Below, piece by piece: positions 24,403 through 36,129 of a stretch of 64,000 bases of DNA. The position numbers were made by a program, and so were the translations under genes. The stretch's first letter is position 1. Every line of letters starts with the position of its first letter. Source of the stretch: Spirochaetia bacterium (GTDB lineage Bacteria > Spirochaetota > Spirochaetia > SZUA-6 > Bin103); NCBI GenBank assembly GCA_965243545.1, contig OZ251573.1, positions 1,970,681 to 2,034,680 of the forward strand, written 5' to 3'. Below the pieces are notes generated by a model. That model ran no database searches, was not told the origin of the DNA, and saw only the letters and a program-made list of their open reading frames with translations.

Positions 24403-24921
24403 CTACGCGCCGGTTGCCAGCCGGTACTCCCGGGTGTCGGAGAGACGCTTGATGCGGGTCGCCTCCGGCATCCGCTCAGCCTCCGTCACGCCCTCGTAAG
24501 GCCAGTAGTACAGGTTCACGCCGGCGAAGTCCGGCGCCAGGCTGAGCGGCCACAGCACCGACCCGGGGCCCTTCTCCGAGTGGTCGATCACGGCCGCCAG
24601 CGGGAACCCGGCCGCATCCAGGTCGGCGCGCCAGCGCCGCCAGTGCTCCAGGTCCTGCCGCTTGCCCTTGGGCGCGACGACGATCCGCTCGGCCGGGCAG
24701 TAGGCGGACAGCCCCAGCGCGTCGAGCACCTCGACCACCTCCCAACGCTCGTGCGTGGTGACGATCGCAAAGACGTAGGCGTCCCGCATCGCGTCCAGTT
24801 CGGCGATGGAGAGGCGGGATTGCGCGTCGAGCCGGCCTTCCGACAACTGCCGCTGCGTCTCCGGGATCGACGGCAACTGCGCCGCCGTGCGAATGCTCAG
24901 TGCGATCGACTTCCTGGTCAT
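24403..24921 (-). CDS. hypothetical protein
   Basis: protein-like composition; start set at internal Met (MTRKS) to avoid overlap with the divergent gene; no family recognised. Confidence 0.4.
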   Translation of the reverse strand: MTRKSIALSIRTAAQLPSIPETQRQLSEGRLDAQSRLSIAELDAMRDAYVFAIVTTHERWEVVEVLDALGLSAYCPAERIVVAPKGKRQDLEHWRRWRADLDAAGFPLAAVIDHSEKGPGSVLWPLSLAPDFAGVNLYYWPYEGVTEAERMPEATRIKRLSDTREYRLATGA

Positions 24922-25003
24922 CGCCGGCAGGCTATCCGGCATCACGTTCAGGCGGCAAACGCGCCGGTAGCGGCGTTCGCCGGTCGCCGGTACCCTGCGC
25001 GGC

Positions 25004-26053
25004 ATGGTTCGCATAGGAGTCATCGGCGCCGGCGGCATAGCCCTGGGAAGCTGCCGAGCGTTCGCCGAGCACCCGGAAGCGGAGATCGTCGCCGTGGCCG
25101 AGCCGAACGGGGAGCGGGCCGCGGAGTTCGCGTTGCGCTACGACACCGTGACGCAGGTCGTCGAGGAGCCGGAGCGGCTGCTTGCCATCGACGAGGTCGA
25201 CGCGGTCTACGTCGCCACGCCGAACTACCTGCACGCGCCGCTGTCGGCCCTGGCGCTGCAGGCCGGCAAGCACGTGCTGCAGGAGAAGCCGCTGGCCATG
25301 AGCATGGAGGACGCGGCGCCGCTCATCGCCGCCGCGCGCGCGGCGGACACGCACTTCATGCTCGGCATGAACCAGCGCTTCGCAGAGCCGGTGCAGCGCG
25401 CCCGGCAGCTCATGGAGTCCGGCCGGATCGGCCGCGCCTACCACTGCAAGACCTACTGGCGGCGCCGCGCCGGCGCGCCCCGGATCGGAAGCTGGTTCAC
25501 CCGCAAGGAGCTGTCCGGCGGCGGCGCGTTGCTTGATCTGGGCGTCCACATGCTCGACGACGCCCTCTACCTGCTCGGCAACTTCCGGCCGCGCTCCGTG
25601 TCGGGGGCGGTCTACACCGAGTTCGGCAGTCGCGGCCTGGGCGAAGGCGGCTGGGGCCGGTCCGAGCGCGCCGGCCGGACGTTCGACGTGGAAGACTTCG
25701 CCACCGCGGTCATCAAGCTCGACGGCGGCGCCACGGTGCTGCTGGAGGCGTCATGGGCCATGCATCTGGAACGGGCCGGCGACATGAACGTGGAGCTGTA
25801 CGGGACCGACGGCGCAATCGACACCTACGGCGAACGGCTCTGCCGCCGGGAGGCTGACGGCTACCACATCGTCGAGTCGCCGGACGCCGGCGCCCTTGCC
25901 TACCCGCACGCCGACCGCATGCACCACTTCGTCAACGTCATCCTGGGCCGGGAGGAGCTCTGCGTCACGCTCGACGAAGCGCTCACCGTGCAGCGCGTGC
26001 TCGACGCGATCTACCGGTCGGCCGCCACCGGCCGCGAGGTCGTCCCGGACTGA
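25004..26053 (+). CDS. Gfo/Idh/MocA-family NAD(P)-dependent oxidoreductase
   Basis: N-terminal Rossmann MVRIGVIGAGGIA; EKP motif (LQEKPLA); C-terminal GFO_IDH_MocA_C-like region. Confidence 0.75.
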   Translation: MVRIGVIGAGGIALGSCRAFAEHPEAEIVAVAEPNGERAAEFALRYDTVTQVVEEPERLLAIDEVDAVYVATPNYLHAPLSALALQAGKHVLQEKPLAMSMEDAAPLIAAARAADTHFMLGMNQRFAEPVQRARQLMESGRIGRAYHCKTYWRRRAGAPRIGSWFTRKELSGGGALLDLGVHMLDDALYLLGNFRPRSVSGAVYTEFGSRGLGEGGWGRSERAGRTFDVEDFATAVIKLDGGATVLLEASWAMHLERAGDMNVELYGTDGAIDTYGERLCRREADGYHIVESPDAGALAYPHADRMHHFVNVILGREELCVTLDEALTVQRVLDAIYRSAATGREVVPD

Positions 26054-27099
26054 TGCGCGGACCGTTCGCGGCGGCATACCTGGTATACCTGTACGGCGGG
26101 TTCGCGGCGGAGCGTCACGGCGTGGGCCAGGAGCGGACCGCTCGGGTCGCGCAGATCGGCGCGGTCCAGGACGTGCAGCCCGCAGCTGGTCAGTTCCCGG
26201 ACCAAGCGCTCCAAACCGGCGCGGTCCGGCGCCGCCGCCAGCAGCTCGGCCAGCCGCGCCTCCCGCGCCCGTAGCGCGCCGTCCAGTCCGGCCAGCGCCC
26301 GCCGGCAGTCGCGCGCGCCGGCCGGGCTGAGCGGGTCGCCCGGTTCCGGTATTGCCCCGGTCAACACGTCGCGCACCGCTGCCGGAACTTCCCGTAGCGT
26401 CTGTGCCGGTTGGCGTTCCGGTTGGCCGTCGGCCAGACCCGCCAACCGCAGAAACTCGCGGCCGAATCGATTCCAGGCGGTGAGCCGGGCCTGCGGAGAC
26501 GTTGCTCCGCCGCTCACCGCCGCCACGACGCGCGCGGCGTCGCACAGCGCCTGCGTCTCCCGCAGATGGGCCAGTTCCACGGCGGCGCCGGCCACCACCG
26601 CCGACTCCCGCACGTGGATCACGAACGCCGCGCGGCCGCCGGGCCGTAGCACCCGGCGCACCTCGGCCGCGATCAGGGGCGGATCGCCGTATTCGACCGC
26701 GAACTGTCCGGTGACCAGGCAGAAGTACCCGGCGTCGAACGGCGTGCGGGTCATCGACGCGCCGGGATGAAAGGTGACCGCCGCCGCGGTCTCACGGTAA
26801 CGCGCCGGCAGCGACCGGACCGGATCGATGGCGGCGCGGTCGACGCCGTGAATCTCCCAGCTCGCTCCCCGCGCCGCGGCGGTCCGGGCGGCCAGCAGCG
26901 CCACCGCGCCGTTGCCGCATCCCAGGTCCAGGATGCGCGCCCGGCCGCCGAGCGGCGCCAGCGCGCGCCGCCAGAAGCCGGCCGCCGGCCCCGCGCCGGG
27001 CGCGCCGTACACCTCCGGCAGCGACGTCACGGCGCCCTCCCGCCAGTACGGCGTCCATCCATCCGCTACCAGTCGCGTGAGTCCGGCACCTCCAGCCAC
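26011..27099 (-). CDS. class I SAM-dependent methyltransferase
   Basis: motif I ILDLGCGNG; 362 aa. Confidence 0.6.
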   Translation of the reverse strand: MAGGAGLTRLVADGWTPYWREGAVTSLPEVYGAPGAGPAAGFWRRALAPLGGRARILDLGCGNGAVALLAARTAAARGASWEIHGVDRAAIDPVRSLPARYRETAAAVTFHPGASMTRTPFDAGYFCLVTGQFAVEYGDPPLIAAEVRRVLRPGGRAAFVIHVRESAVVAGAAVELAHLRETQALCDAARVVAAVSGGATSPQARLTAWNRFGREFLRLAGLADGQPERQPAQTLREVPAAVRDVLTGAIPEPGDPLSPAGARDCRRALAGLDGALRAREARLAELLAAAPDRAGLERLVRELTSCGLHVLDRADLRDPSGPLLAHAVTLRREPAVQVYQVCRRERSAHQSGTTSRPVAADR

Positions 27100-28175
27100 G
27101 CGCCGCCCTGCTCGATCGACCGCTGACTCACCAATCCCGGCAAGGTCATGTCCATCGCTTCGTCAATGCCGAGCTCGGGCCGGGTCCCGTCGCGCACCGC
27201 ATCCACGAAGTCGAGCATCTGGAGCAGGTCGCCGCCGCCGTGGCCGGCGCCCCGCGCCGCCTCCTCGCACGCGCGCCAGCGCGCCGGCAGGAACTCGCCG
27301 GCCAACTCCTCCAGGTCCCGCCACTCAGTCCCGGACGACCGCGCCCGGACCCAGATGCGGTCCCGCTCGCCGTCCGCCCGCGCCGACTCGTAGCAGCCGT
27401 CGGTGCCCTGCAGCTGGTAGTTGCGGGTCGCGTGCGGCCGGTCGGACAGCATGTCGACCCGCACCTTGACCAGTCCGCCGGAGCGCATCCGCCCCAGCAT
27501 CACGGAGGAGTCCTCGGCTTCGTATCGCCGGCCCCGGTGGTCGCGGTAATGGTGGCCGGTCCCCGCGCAGGCGACCCGCTCCACGCGGTCGCCGGGCATC
27601 CAGCGCAACAGCGGGCCAAGGCTGTGCGTGCCGTAGGTGACGCCGTTGATCCCCTGCTGCCAGCGCCGGCGCCACGGCGTCGGGTTGGCGCGCGGCGCGC
27701 CGCGCAGCTCGTGCAAGTACTCGCCGTCGCCGAAGTAGACGGTACCGAACAGGCCGGCGGCCACGATCTCCTGCACGATCCGGTTCTGCCGCATCGACAC
27801 GTAGTTCTCCGCGAACACGTAGACGGCCGAGCTGGCGCGGCACGCCGCCACCAGGCGCCGGCACTCATCGATCGACACGGCGGCCGGCACTTCGGAGAGC
27901 ACGCTCACGCCGCATTCCAGCGCGGCGATCGCCTGCTCGGCGTGAAACGGCATCGGCGTACCCACGATCACAGCATCCAACGGGACCGAGGCGAGCATGT
28001 CGCGGTAGTCGGCAAACGACTGCTCCGCTCCCAGTTGCCGCTTGGCGGCGGCGAGCGGCTCCGCGCGCACGTCGCACACCGCCCGCACGCGCACGTCCAG
28101 CCCCTCCCGCACGCGGAGCAGACTGCCGCCCCGCCCCGCCGCGCCGATGACGCCGACGGCGATACGCTCTCCCAT
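27066..28175 (-). CDS. Gfo/Idh/MocA-family oxidoreductase
   Basis: RIAVGVIGAAGRGG Rossmann start, EVP motif region; 34-nt overlap with downstream methyltransferase gene. Confidence 0.75.
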   Translation of the reverse strand: MGERIAVGVIGAAGRGGSLLRVREGLDVRVRAVCDVRAEPLAAAKRQLGAEQSFADYRDMLASVPLDAVIVGTPMPFHAEQAIAALECGVSVLSEVPAAVSIDECRRLVAACRASSAVYVFAENYVSMRQNRIVQEIVAAGLFGTVYFGDGEYLHELRGAPRANPTPWRRRWQQGINGVTYGTHSLGPLLRWMPGDRVERVACAGTGHHYRDHRGRRYEAEDSSVMLGRMRSGGLVKVRVDMLSDRPHATRNYQLQGTDGCYESARADGERDRIWVRARSSGTEWRDLEELAGEFLPARWRACEEAARGAGHGGGDLLQMLDFVDAVRDGTRPELGIDEAMDMTLPGLVSQRSIEQGGAWLEVPDSRDW

Positions 28176-28179
28176 GCCC

Positions 28180-29727
<1,548 letters not shown>

Positions 29728-29843
29728 CGCGTCATTTCCGCCTCGGCGGTCCAGGCTACCATGCGCCGCCATGGCGCGCCGGAAGATCGACGCGGCCGAG
29801 CGGTGCGCCCCGCCTCGACGACATCAGACGAGGGCCTGAGCCG

Positions 29844-30491
29844 GTGATCACGATGCGGGCGGACTGGTGGAACGCGGATTCCTACCATCCCTGGATCGAT
29901 CCGCTGGTGCAGGCGGCGTTCGGCGCGGACGTCGACCTGCACTGGGACCTGTACTTGCAGACGCACGCCCACCGCCTGCAGCACGGCCCCGGATGCGAGG
30001 CGTACCCCAGCCCGCCGTCGCGCGCGCCGCTCTGGGCCGTGCTGGCCGATCTGATGCCGAGCCCGCCGGAGGCGATCCTGGAGACCGGGACCGGCACTGG
30101 CTACTCGGCCGTGCTGATCGCCGAGGCGTTCCCGCGCGCGCGGGTCTTCACCGTCGAGCATGACGCATGGCACCGGCGCATCGCCGCGCGCACGTTCCGG
30201 GCCGCGGGCGCCGCCGATCGCATCACGGTCCTGCCGTCGATGGCGGACGCGCCGGTCGAGCGCTGCGATCTGGTGTTCGTCGACGGGCCGCTGATCGACA
30301 CCGCCCGGCTGCGGCCCGGATGCCTGCTGATCGACGACGCGGTCAAGCGGACGTTCCGCGCCGCCGCCATCACCGCACTGGATCCCCTGCGGCAGCCGAG
30401 CGGTGATGGCCAAGCGGCGCTGCGGCAGGCTCGACAACGCTATCGGGACGCCGCGGCCGCGCTCGAACGGGCAGCGCGCTACGCGCCCTGA
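29844..30491 (+). CDS. class I SAM-dependent O-methyltransferase (caffeoyl-CoA OMT-like)
   Basis: LETGTGTGYSAVLIA motif I, VFVDG motif; GTG 29844 with GAGGG upstream (ATG 29853 alternative). Confidence 0.6.
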   Translation: MITMRADWWNADSYHPWIDPLVQAAFGADVDLHWDLYLQTHAHRLQHGPGCEAYPSPPSRAPLWAVLADLMPSPPEAILETGTGTGYSAVLIAEAFPRARVFTVEHDAWHRRIAARTFRAAGAADRITVLPSMADAPVERCDLVFVDGPLIDTARLRPGCLLIDDAVKRTFRAAAITALDPLRQPSGDGQAALRQARQRYRDAAAALERAARYAP

Positions 30492-31480
30492 CCCTCGTGC
30501 AGCCAGCAGGCGGCGCGCCGCCCGCCGCCGATTTCCGCCAACGGCGGCTCCCGGGACGCGCACGGGTCGAACGCGCGCGGACAGCGCGGATGAAACCGGC
30601 AGCCGCTCGGCGGGTCGGCCAGGTCCGGCACGTCGCCGTCGATCTCCTCCAGCCGGACTCCCCGTTCGGTGCTGAGGCTGGGCAGCGACTTGAGCAGCTC
30701 CACGGTGTAGGGGTGCCGCGGATCGTCGATCACCTGCGCGGTCGTGCCCAACTCGGCGATCTTGCCGGCGTACATCACCATGATCCGTTCCGCGATCTGG
30801 GCGATCACGCCGATGTCGTGGGTGATGAAGATCAACCCCGCGTTCTTCTCCCGCACCAGGGCGGCGAGCAGCGTCAGGATCTGCGCCTGGATGGTGACGT
30901 CCAGACTGGTCGTCGGCTCATCGGCGATCAGCAGCTGCGGATCGCACGCCAGCGCGATGGCGATCATGCAGCGCTGCTGCATACCGCCGCTCAACCGGTG
31001 CGGATAGTCGCCGTAGCGCCGTTCGGGCGCCGGAATGCCGACCGCCCGCAGGTGGGCGACCGCGCGCTCGCGCGCCTGCCGCTTGCCGAGCTTCAGGTGC
31101 GCGATCAACACCTCCGCTATCTGCTCGCCGACCGTGAGCACCGGGTTGAGGGCCGCCGACGGCTCCTGGAAGACCATGCTGATCTGCCGGCCGCGCACGG
31201 CCGTCATCTCCCGTTCGCCGAGCGCCAGCAGGTCGACGCCGTCGAGCAGCACCCGGCCGGCCGCGATGCGCCCCGGCGGGCGGATCAGCCGCAGGATCGA
31301 CCGCACGGTGACCGACTTGCCGGAACCGGATTCGCCGACGATGCCGAGCGTCTGGCCGCGGTCGACGGTAAAGCTCGACCCGCTCACCGCCTGCACCACG
31401 CCCCGCTCCAGCTCGAACCGGGTGTGCAGGTCCTCCACCACCAGCAGCGGGGCGTCCGCCTCGGACCGCGCCCGCGTCAC
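30479..31480 (-). CDS. peptide/nickel ABC transporter ATP-binding protein (DppD/OppD-like)
   Basis: Walker A GESGSGKS, LSGGMQQR signature, Walker B LLIADEPTTSLD, C-terminal oligopeptide-ABC Cys motif CRFHPRC; GTG start overlapping permease stop (GTGA); upstream 280 aa of track ORF is an alternate frame of the permease gene. Confidence 0.8.
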   Translation of the reverse strand: MTRARSEADAPLLVVEDLHTRFELERGVVQAVSGSSFTVDRGQTLGIVGESGSGKSVTVRSILRLIRPPGRIAAGRVLLDGVDLLALGEREMTAVRGRQISMVFQEPSAALNPVLTVGEQIAEVLIAHLKLGKRQARERAVAHLRAVGIPAPERRYGDYPHRLSGGMQQRCMIAIALACDPQLLIADEPTTSLDVTIQAQILTLLAALVREKNAGLIFITHDIGVIAQIAERIMVMYAGKIAELGTTAQVIDDPRHPYTVELLKSLPSLSTERGVRLEEIDGDVPDLADPPSGCRFHPRCPRAFDPCASREPPLAEIGGGRRAACWLHEGQGA

Positions 31481-32382
31481 GTTCGCGACGCCGCTCGGCG
31501 CAGGTAGCGCGACACGAACTGCAGCGCCAGGATCAGCCCCATCAGGAACAGTCCGGGGATCACCCCGTACCAGACCATCCGCTTCAGGTAACTGCGGCCG
31601 GTGTTGAGCATGGCCCCCCAGGAGGGAGCGGGCGGCGGGATGCCGAGCCCCAGAAAGCTGAGGCTCGACTCGGTGATGATCGCGCGGGTGGCGATCAGCA
31701 GCGCCTGGATGAAGACCTCGGTCGTGCAGTTCGGCAGCACCGTCCGGAACATGACGTAGAGGTTGGACGCTCCGGCCGACCGCGCCGCGTCGACGTACGG
31801 CAGCACGCGCACCTGCAGCGCCACCGCGCGCGTGACGCGGAAGATCGCCGGGGTGTTGACCAGGCCGATCACCAGCGCCAGGGCGATCGGGTTGCGGCCG
31901 GTCACGGCGATCAACGCCATCGCTATGATGATGCCGGGAAAGGAGACCAGGATGTCGTTGGCGCGCGCCAGCAGCTCGTCGAGCCGGCCGCCCACGTAGC
32001 CGGAGAACAGCCCGCCGGTCGCCCCAACCACCATGCTGAACAGCACCGCGATCGCCGCGGTGCGGATCGAAGTGCGCGCCCCGTGGATGCAGCGGCTGAA
32101 CAGGTCGCGGCCCAGCTCGTCGGTGCCAAACCAATGCTCGGCCGACGGGAACGCCAGCCGGTTGATGATGTCCTGCTCGATCGGATCGTGCGTGGCCAGC
32201 GCGCCCGGAATCAGCGTCATCAGCAGATAGGCCAGCAGCACCAGGAAGCCGATCCACTCGGCCGCCTGCATCCGCTTGAAGGCCGCCGCCAGGACGCCGA
32301 ACGCGCGCCGGCCGGCGGCAGCCGCTCCCGCCGCCCACGCCGCTCCCGCCGAGCCGTGCCCCGCGCCGCCTCCCCCGCCCAT
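31477..32382 (-). CDS. ABC transporter permease (DppC/OppC-like)
   Basis: binding-protein-dependent transport systems inner-membrane component; multiple TM helices; EAA-like region. Confidence 0.8.
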   Translation of the reverse strand: MGGGGGAGHGSAGAAWAAGAAAAGRRAFGVLAAAFKRMQAAEWIGFLVLLAYLLMTLIPGALATHDPIEQDIINRLAFPSAEHWFGTDELGRDLFSRCIHGARTSIRTAAIAVLFSMVVGATGGLFSGYVGGRLDELLARANDILVSFPGIIIAMALIAVTGRNPIALALVIGLVNTPAIFRVTRAVALQVRVLPYVDAARSAGASNLYVMFRTVLPNCTTEVFIQALLIATRAIITESSLSFLGLGIPPPAPSWGAMLNTGRSYLKRMVWYGVIPGLFLMGLILALQFVSRYLRRAASRT

Positions 32383-33338
32383 CAGTCGAGCCGGATGCGC
32401 GGATCGAGCCAGCCGTACAGCAGATCGGCCAGCAGGTTGGCCAGCATCACGGCGCAGATCAGCACCATGAAGTCGGCCTGCACCACCGCGTAGTCACGGG
32501 CGGTGATGGCGTCGACCAGCAGCCGGCCGATGCCTGGGATGCCGAACACGCTCTCGGTCACCACCGCTCCGCCCACCGTGGTGCCGAGCTGCAGAGCGGC
32601 CACGGTCACCACCGGGATGAGCGCGTTCTTGAGGACGTGCCGGTACACCACCCGCCGCCGCGGCAGCCCCTTGGCGATGGCCGCCAGGATGAACTCCTTC
32701 TTGGCGATCTCGCCGATCGAGGCGCTGATGAAGTTGGTGTACACCACCGCGCCGGAGATGCCGCCGGCCAGCGACGGCATGATCAGGAAGCGGATCGATT
32801 GGATCGGGTCCTCGGTGATGGTGCGGAACCCGCTGGTCGGCAGGATGCCGAGGAACACGCTGAAGAACAGGATGAGCAGAATGCCGAGCCAGAACGGCGG
32901 GATGGCGAAGCCGACGCCGGTGTAGACCGGCAGCACGCGCCGGGCCAGAAAGCCGTCCGGATGCAGCCCCATGCGGATGCCGAGCGGCAGCGCGATCAGC
33001 ACCGACACCAGGAACGCGCCGACGGTCACGTGCAGCGTGACGCCGATCTTCCTGGTGACCAGCTCGGCCACCGACCACGCCGGCTTGCTGATCGAGTCGC
33101 CCAGGTCGCCCCGCAGCAGCTTGCCGAGCCAGATCAGGTACTGCTCGTGCAGCGGCTTGTCGAATCCGTAGGCGGCGCGCACCTCGGCTATCAGCTCCGG
33201 CGTCGGCGGCGGCGACATGGGCACCAGCAGCACCGCCGGATCGCCGGGGATCAGGTGGATGATCAGGAAGATCAGGATCGAGCCGATGAACAGCGCCGGT
33301 ATGACGCCGAGCAGGCGGCGGATGACGTACGACTTCAC
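32382..33338 (-). CDS. ABC transporter permease (DppB/OppB-like)
   Basis: 318 aa, MKSYVIRRLLGVIPALFIGSILIFLIIHLIPGDP classic DppB N-terminus. Confidence 0.85.
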   Translation of the reverse strand: MKSYVIRRLLGVIPALFIGSILIFLIIHLIPGDPAVLLVPMSPPPTPELIAEVRAAYGFDKPLHEQYLIWLGKLLRGDLGDSISKPAWSVAELVTRKIGVTLHVTVGAFLVSVLIALPLGIRMGLHPDGFLARRVLPVYTGVGFAIPPFWLGILLILFFSVFLGILPTSGFRTITEDPIQSIRFLIMPSLAGGISGAVVYTNFISASIGEIAKKEFILAAIAKGLPRRRVVYRHVLKNALIPVVTVAALQLGTTVGGAVVTESVFGIPGIGRLLVDAITARDYAVVQADFMVLICAVMLANLLADLLYGWLDPRIRLD

Positions 33339-33402
33339 GCGCTCCGCCCATCCTGCTCAGGCGGCGCCGGCGCCCGGCGCATCTCCCGCTCGAAGCGGCC
33401 TC

Positions 33403-34947
33403 CTACTCGAAACGGACGTACTTGAACACCGGCTTGTCGTGCTGGGACCACGTCAGCCCCTTGAGATCGGAGGTGCTGACGCTGATGTACGGCTGCGAGC
33501 TGAGGAACAGCACCCAGGCGCCGTCATTGATCGCCAGCAGCGCGTTCGACCACGCCTCCACCGACTCCGCTTCGGTCGTGGCCGCCATCCCCTTGTTGAA
33601 GTTGTCCACGTAGCGCTGGTATTCGGGGATCACCGTCTCATCCGGGTCGTTGAAGAAGCCGTGGCCGGTGGGGAAGAAGACAAAGCTGTCGGTGAGATCG
33701 GCCGGATGCCCATTGCTGCCGGCCATCACCGACGCCATCATCTGGAAGGTCTGGCTGGTGCGCATCTGGATGTAGATGTTGCGCTCCTGCGGGTCGAGCT
33801 CCAGGGTGATGCCGACATCCTTCAAGTTGGCCTGCACGACCTGCGCGATCAGCTGCGCGGAAGTGTCGTTGGCCGGATAGGTGAACTTCACGCTCACCTG
33901 CGGATCGCCGGCTTGGCTGAGCAGCTCGCGCGCGCGGTCCGGGTCTCCCTGCGCCGGAATGGCTTCGAGCTCCGGCGTGTAGGCAAAGCTCGACGGCACC
34001 GCCGGCGATGCGGTCGGCATGCCGAGCCCTTCGAAGATCGCCCCGGACACCGCTTGGCGGTTGATCGCCCAGCTGATCGCTTGCCGCACCCGCTTGTCCT
34101 CCAGCCCCGGCGTGTTGGGGTTGACCATCAGGATCGACGCCAGACCGACCGTCTCCGGCAGCCACACCGTAAAGTCGGGATCGTCCAGGAAGCGGACCGC
34201 GTCTGCGTACGGCGGCCGGAACGCCAAGTCGATCTCGCCCGCTTCCAGCGCCGCGACCATCGCCGCCGCATCCCCGAAGTAGGTGATCTCCACCCGCTCG
34301 ATCGTCACCGCGTCCGCGTCCCAGTGTTCGGCGAACTTCTCCCAATACATGTGCGATCCCGGCACGTATTCGACCAGCTTGAACGGACCGCTGCCGATCA
34401 CCTTGTCCTCCTGGTTGAACTCGGCCACGGCGCCGTCGTCGCGGAGGTACATGTCGGGGTCGGTCAGCATGAACAGCGACAACTTGGTCTCCATGTTGGC
34501 GAACGGCTTGCTGAGCGTGATCCGGGCGGTCAGGTCGTCGATGACCGTGACCGTGGCGTCGACGCCGCCGCCGAACACCGGCATGTCGGAACGGCCCCAG
34601 CCCTTGCGCCGCTCCTCCATATCCCACTTGAGCATGTGGGCGTCGGCCGGCGTGCCGTCGTGGCTCACCATCCCTTCGCGCAGCTTGACGGTGGCGGTGG
34701 TGTAGTCGGAGGAGACCTCCCACGACTCGGCCGCTTCGCCTTCGAACCCGGCGTTGCGCGGATTGAACAGGAGCTGATCGTACAGGTTCTCTATGAACAG
34801 GTAGTTGGGGGTCGCGTTGCGGTACGGTTCCAGGCTGCGAATGTCGCCCACCTGGCCGATCCTGAGCGTCGTTCCGTCGGCCGCCGCGGCGACCGCGCCG
34901 AGCAGCAGGAACGTCCAGACGGCGCCGAGCCGTGCGTTCGTCTTCAT
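33403..34947 (-). CDS. ABC transporter substrate-binding protein, family 5 (peptide/nickel-type), secreted
   Basis: signal peptide MKTNARLGAVWTFLLLGAVAAAADG; SBP_bac_5-like length; ATG with GGGAGAG RBS. Confidence 0.8.
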   Translation of the reverse strand: MKTNARLGAVWTFLLLGAVAAAADGTTLRIGQVGDIRSLEPYRNATPNYLFIENLYDQLLFNPRNAGFEGEAAESWEVSSDYTTATVKLREGMVSHDGTPADAHMLKWDMEERRKGWGRSDMPVFGGGVDATVTVIDDLTARITLSKPFANMETKLSLFMLTDPDMYLRDDGAVAEFNQEDKVIGSGPFKLVEYVPGSHMYWEKFAEHWDADAVTIERVEITYFGDAAAMVAALEAGEIDLAFRPPYADAVRFLDDPDFTVWLPETVGLASILMVNPNTPGLEDKRVRQAISWAINRQAVSGAIFEGLGMPTASPAVPSSFAYTPELEAIPAQGDPDRARELLSQAGDPQVSVKFTYPANDTSAQLIAQVVQANLKDVGITLELDPQERNIYIQMRTSQTFQMMASVMAGSNGHPADLTDSFVFFPTGHGFFNDPDETVIPEYQRYVDNFNKGMAATTEAESVEAWSNALLAINDGAWVLFLSSQPYISVSTSDLKGLTWSQHDKPVFKYVRFE

Positions 34948-34991
34948 CGGGTCTCTCCCTTGCGCTTGTGTGATCCGGCCGCGCCGGTAGC

Positions 34992-36041
34992 TCACGGACG
35001 CGGCCGGCCGTTCGGATGCGCGGCGTCCGCCCGCTCCGCTTCCTGGTGATGCAGAAAGCAGGCGACCGACCGCCCTTCCGATACTTCGCGCAGCGCCGGC
35101 GAGCGGCGCTCGCACGCCTCCATCCTACTCGGACAGCGGGTATGGAATCTACAGCCGCGCGGCGGATCGATGTTGCTCGGAATCTCGCCCGGCAGCACGG
35201 TGAAGCCCTTGCGGTCGTACGGGTCGGGGACCGACGCCAGCAGCGCTTGCGTGTACGGGTGGAGCGGCTCGGCGAACAGCGCGGCGGCCGGAGCGGTCTC
35301 CACCAGCTTGCCCAGGTACATCACGGCGATCCGGTCGGACACCAGGCGCACCACGCTCAGATCGTGCGAGATGAACAGGAAGGTGAGCGCGAAGCGCTGC
35401 TGCAAGTCGTTGAGCAGGTTGAGGATCTTGGCCTGGATCGAAACGTCGAGGGCGGACACCGCCTCGTCGCACACCACGATGCGGGGATTGAGCGCGATGG
35501 CGCGGCAGATGGCGATGCGCTGCCGCTGACCGCCGGAGAAGTCGGCCGGCATGCGGCCGGCGTCCCGCGCGGACAGGCCGACCGTGTCGAGCAGCTCGTG
35601 GACGCGCCGCTCGATCCGCCGGCGGCTGCCGAACCGGTTGATGCGGAGCGGCTCGGCGATGATGCCGCCGATCGACAGCCGCGGGTTGAGCGACGTGTGC
35701 GGGTCCTGGAACACGACCTGGACGTTGGGCAGGTAGCGGCGCAGCGCCCGCCCGCGCAGGTGGGTGACGTCCCGGCCGGCAAAGGTGATCGCGCCGCCGG
35801 TCGGCTCCAGCAGCCGCGCGATCATCCGCCCGATGGTGGTCTTGCCGCTGCCGCTCTCCCCCACCAGGCCGACCGACTGGCCGTCGCCAAGGTCGAGGTC
35901 GACGCCGTCGACGGCGCGCACGAACTGCCGCCGGCCGCGCGGGAAGTACTGGTACGCGCCGCGCAGGGACAGGATGGCGCCGTCCGCGCCGGCCGGCGCG
36001 GGACCGCGCCGGCGCGCGCCGGGATCGGTAGGCGGGTTCAC
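34992..36041 (-). CDS. peptide ABC transporter ATP-binding protein (DppF/OppF-like)
   Basis: Walker A GESGSGKTT, signature FSGGQRQR, Walker B IVVCDEAVSALD, CRFHTRCP C-terminal motif; start uncertain (GTG ~36041 chosen to avoid overlap with divergent gene). Confidence 0.75.
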   Translation of the reverse strand: MNPPTDPGARRRGPAPAGADGAILSLRGAYQYFPRGRRQFVRAVDGVDLDLGDGQSVGLVGESGSGKTTIGRMIARLLEPTGGAITFAGRDVTHLRGRALRRYLPNVQVVFQDPHTSLNPRLSIGGIIAEPLRINRFGSRRRIERRVHELLDTVGLSARDAGRMPADFSGGQRQRIAICRAIALNPRIVVCDEAVSALDVSIQAKILNLLNDLQQRFALTFLFISHDLSVVRLVSDRIAVMYLGKLVETAPAAALFAEPLHPYTQALLASVPDPYDRKGFTVLPGEIPSNIDPPRGCRFHTRCPSRMEACERRSPALREVSEGRSVACFLHHQEAERADAAHPNGRPRP

Positions 36042-36129
36042 GGTGCGCAGCCTGTCAGATGCGGGGCCGCGCCGCCACACCGGGGCGCTGGCGGCGAACC
36101 CGGCGCAACGTGCTATACTCCCGTCCGTC

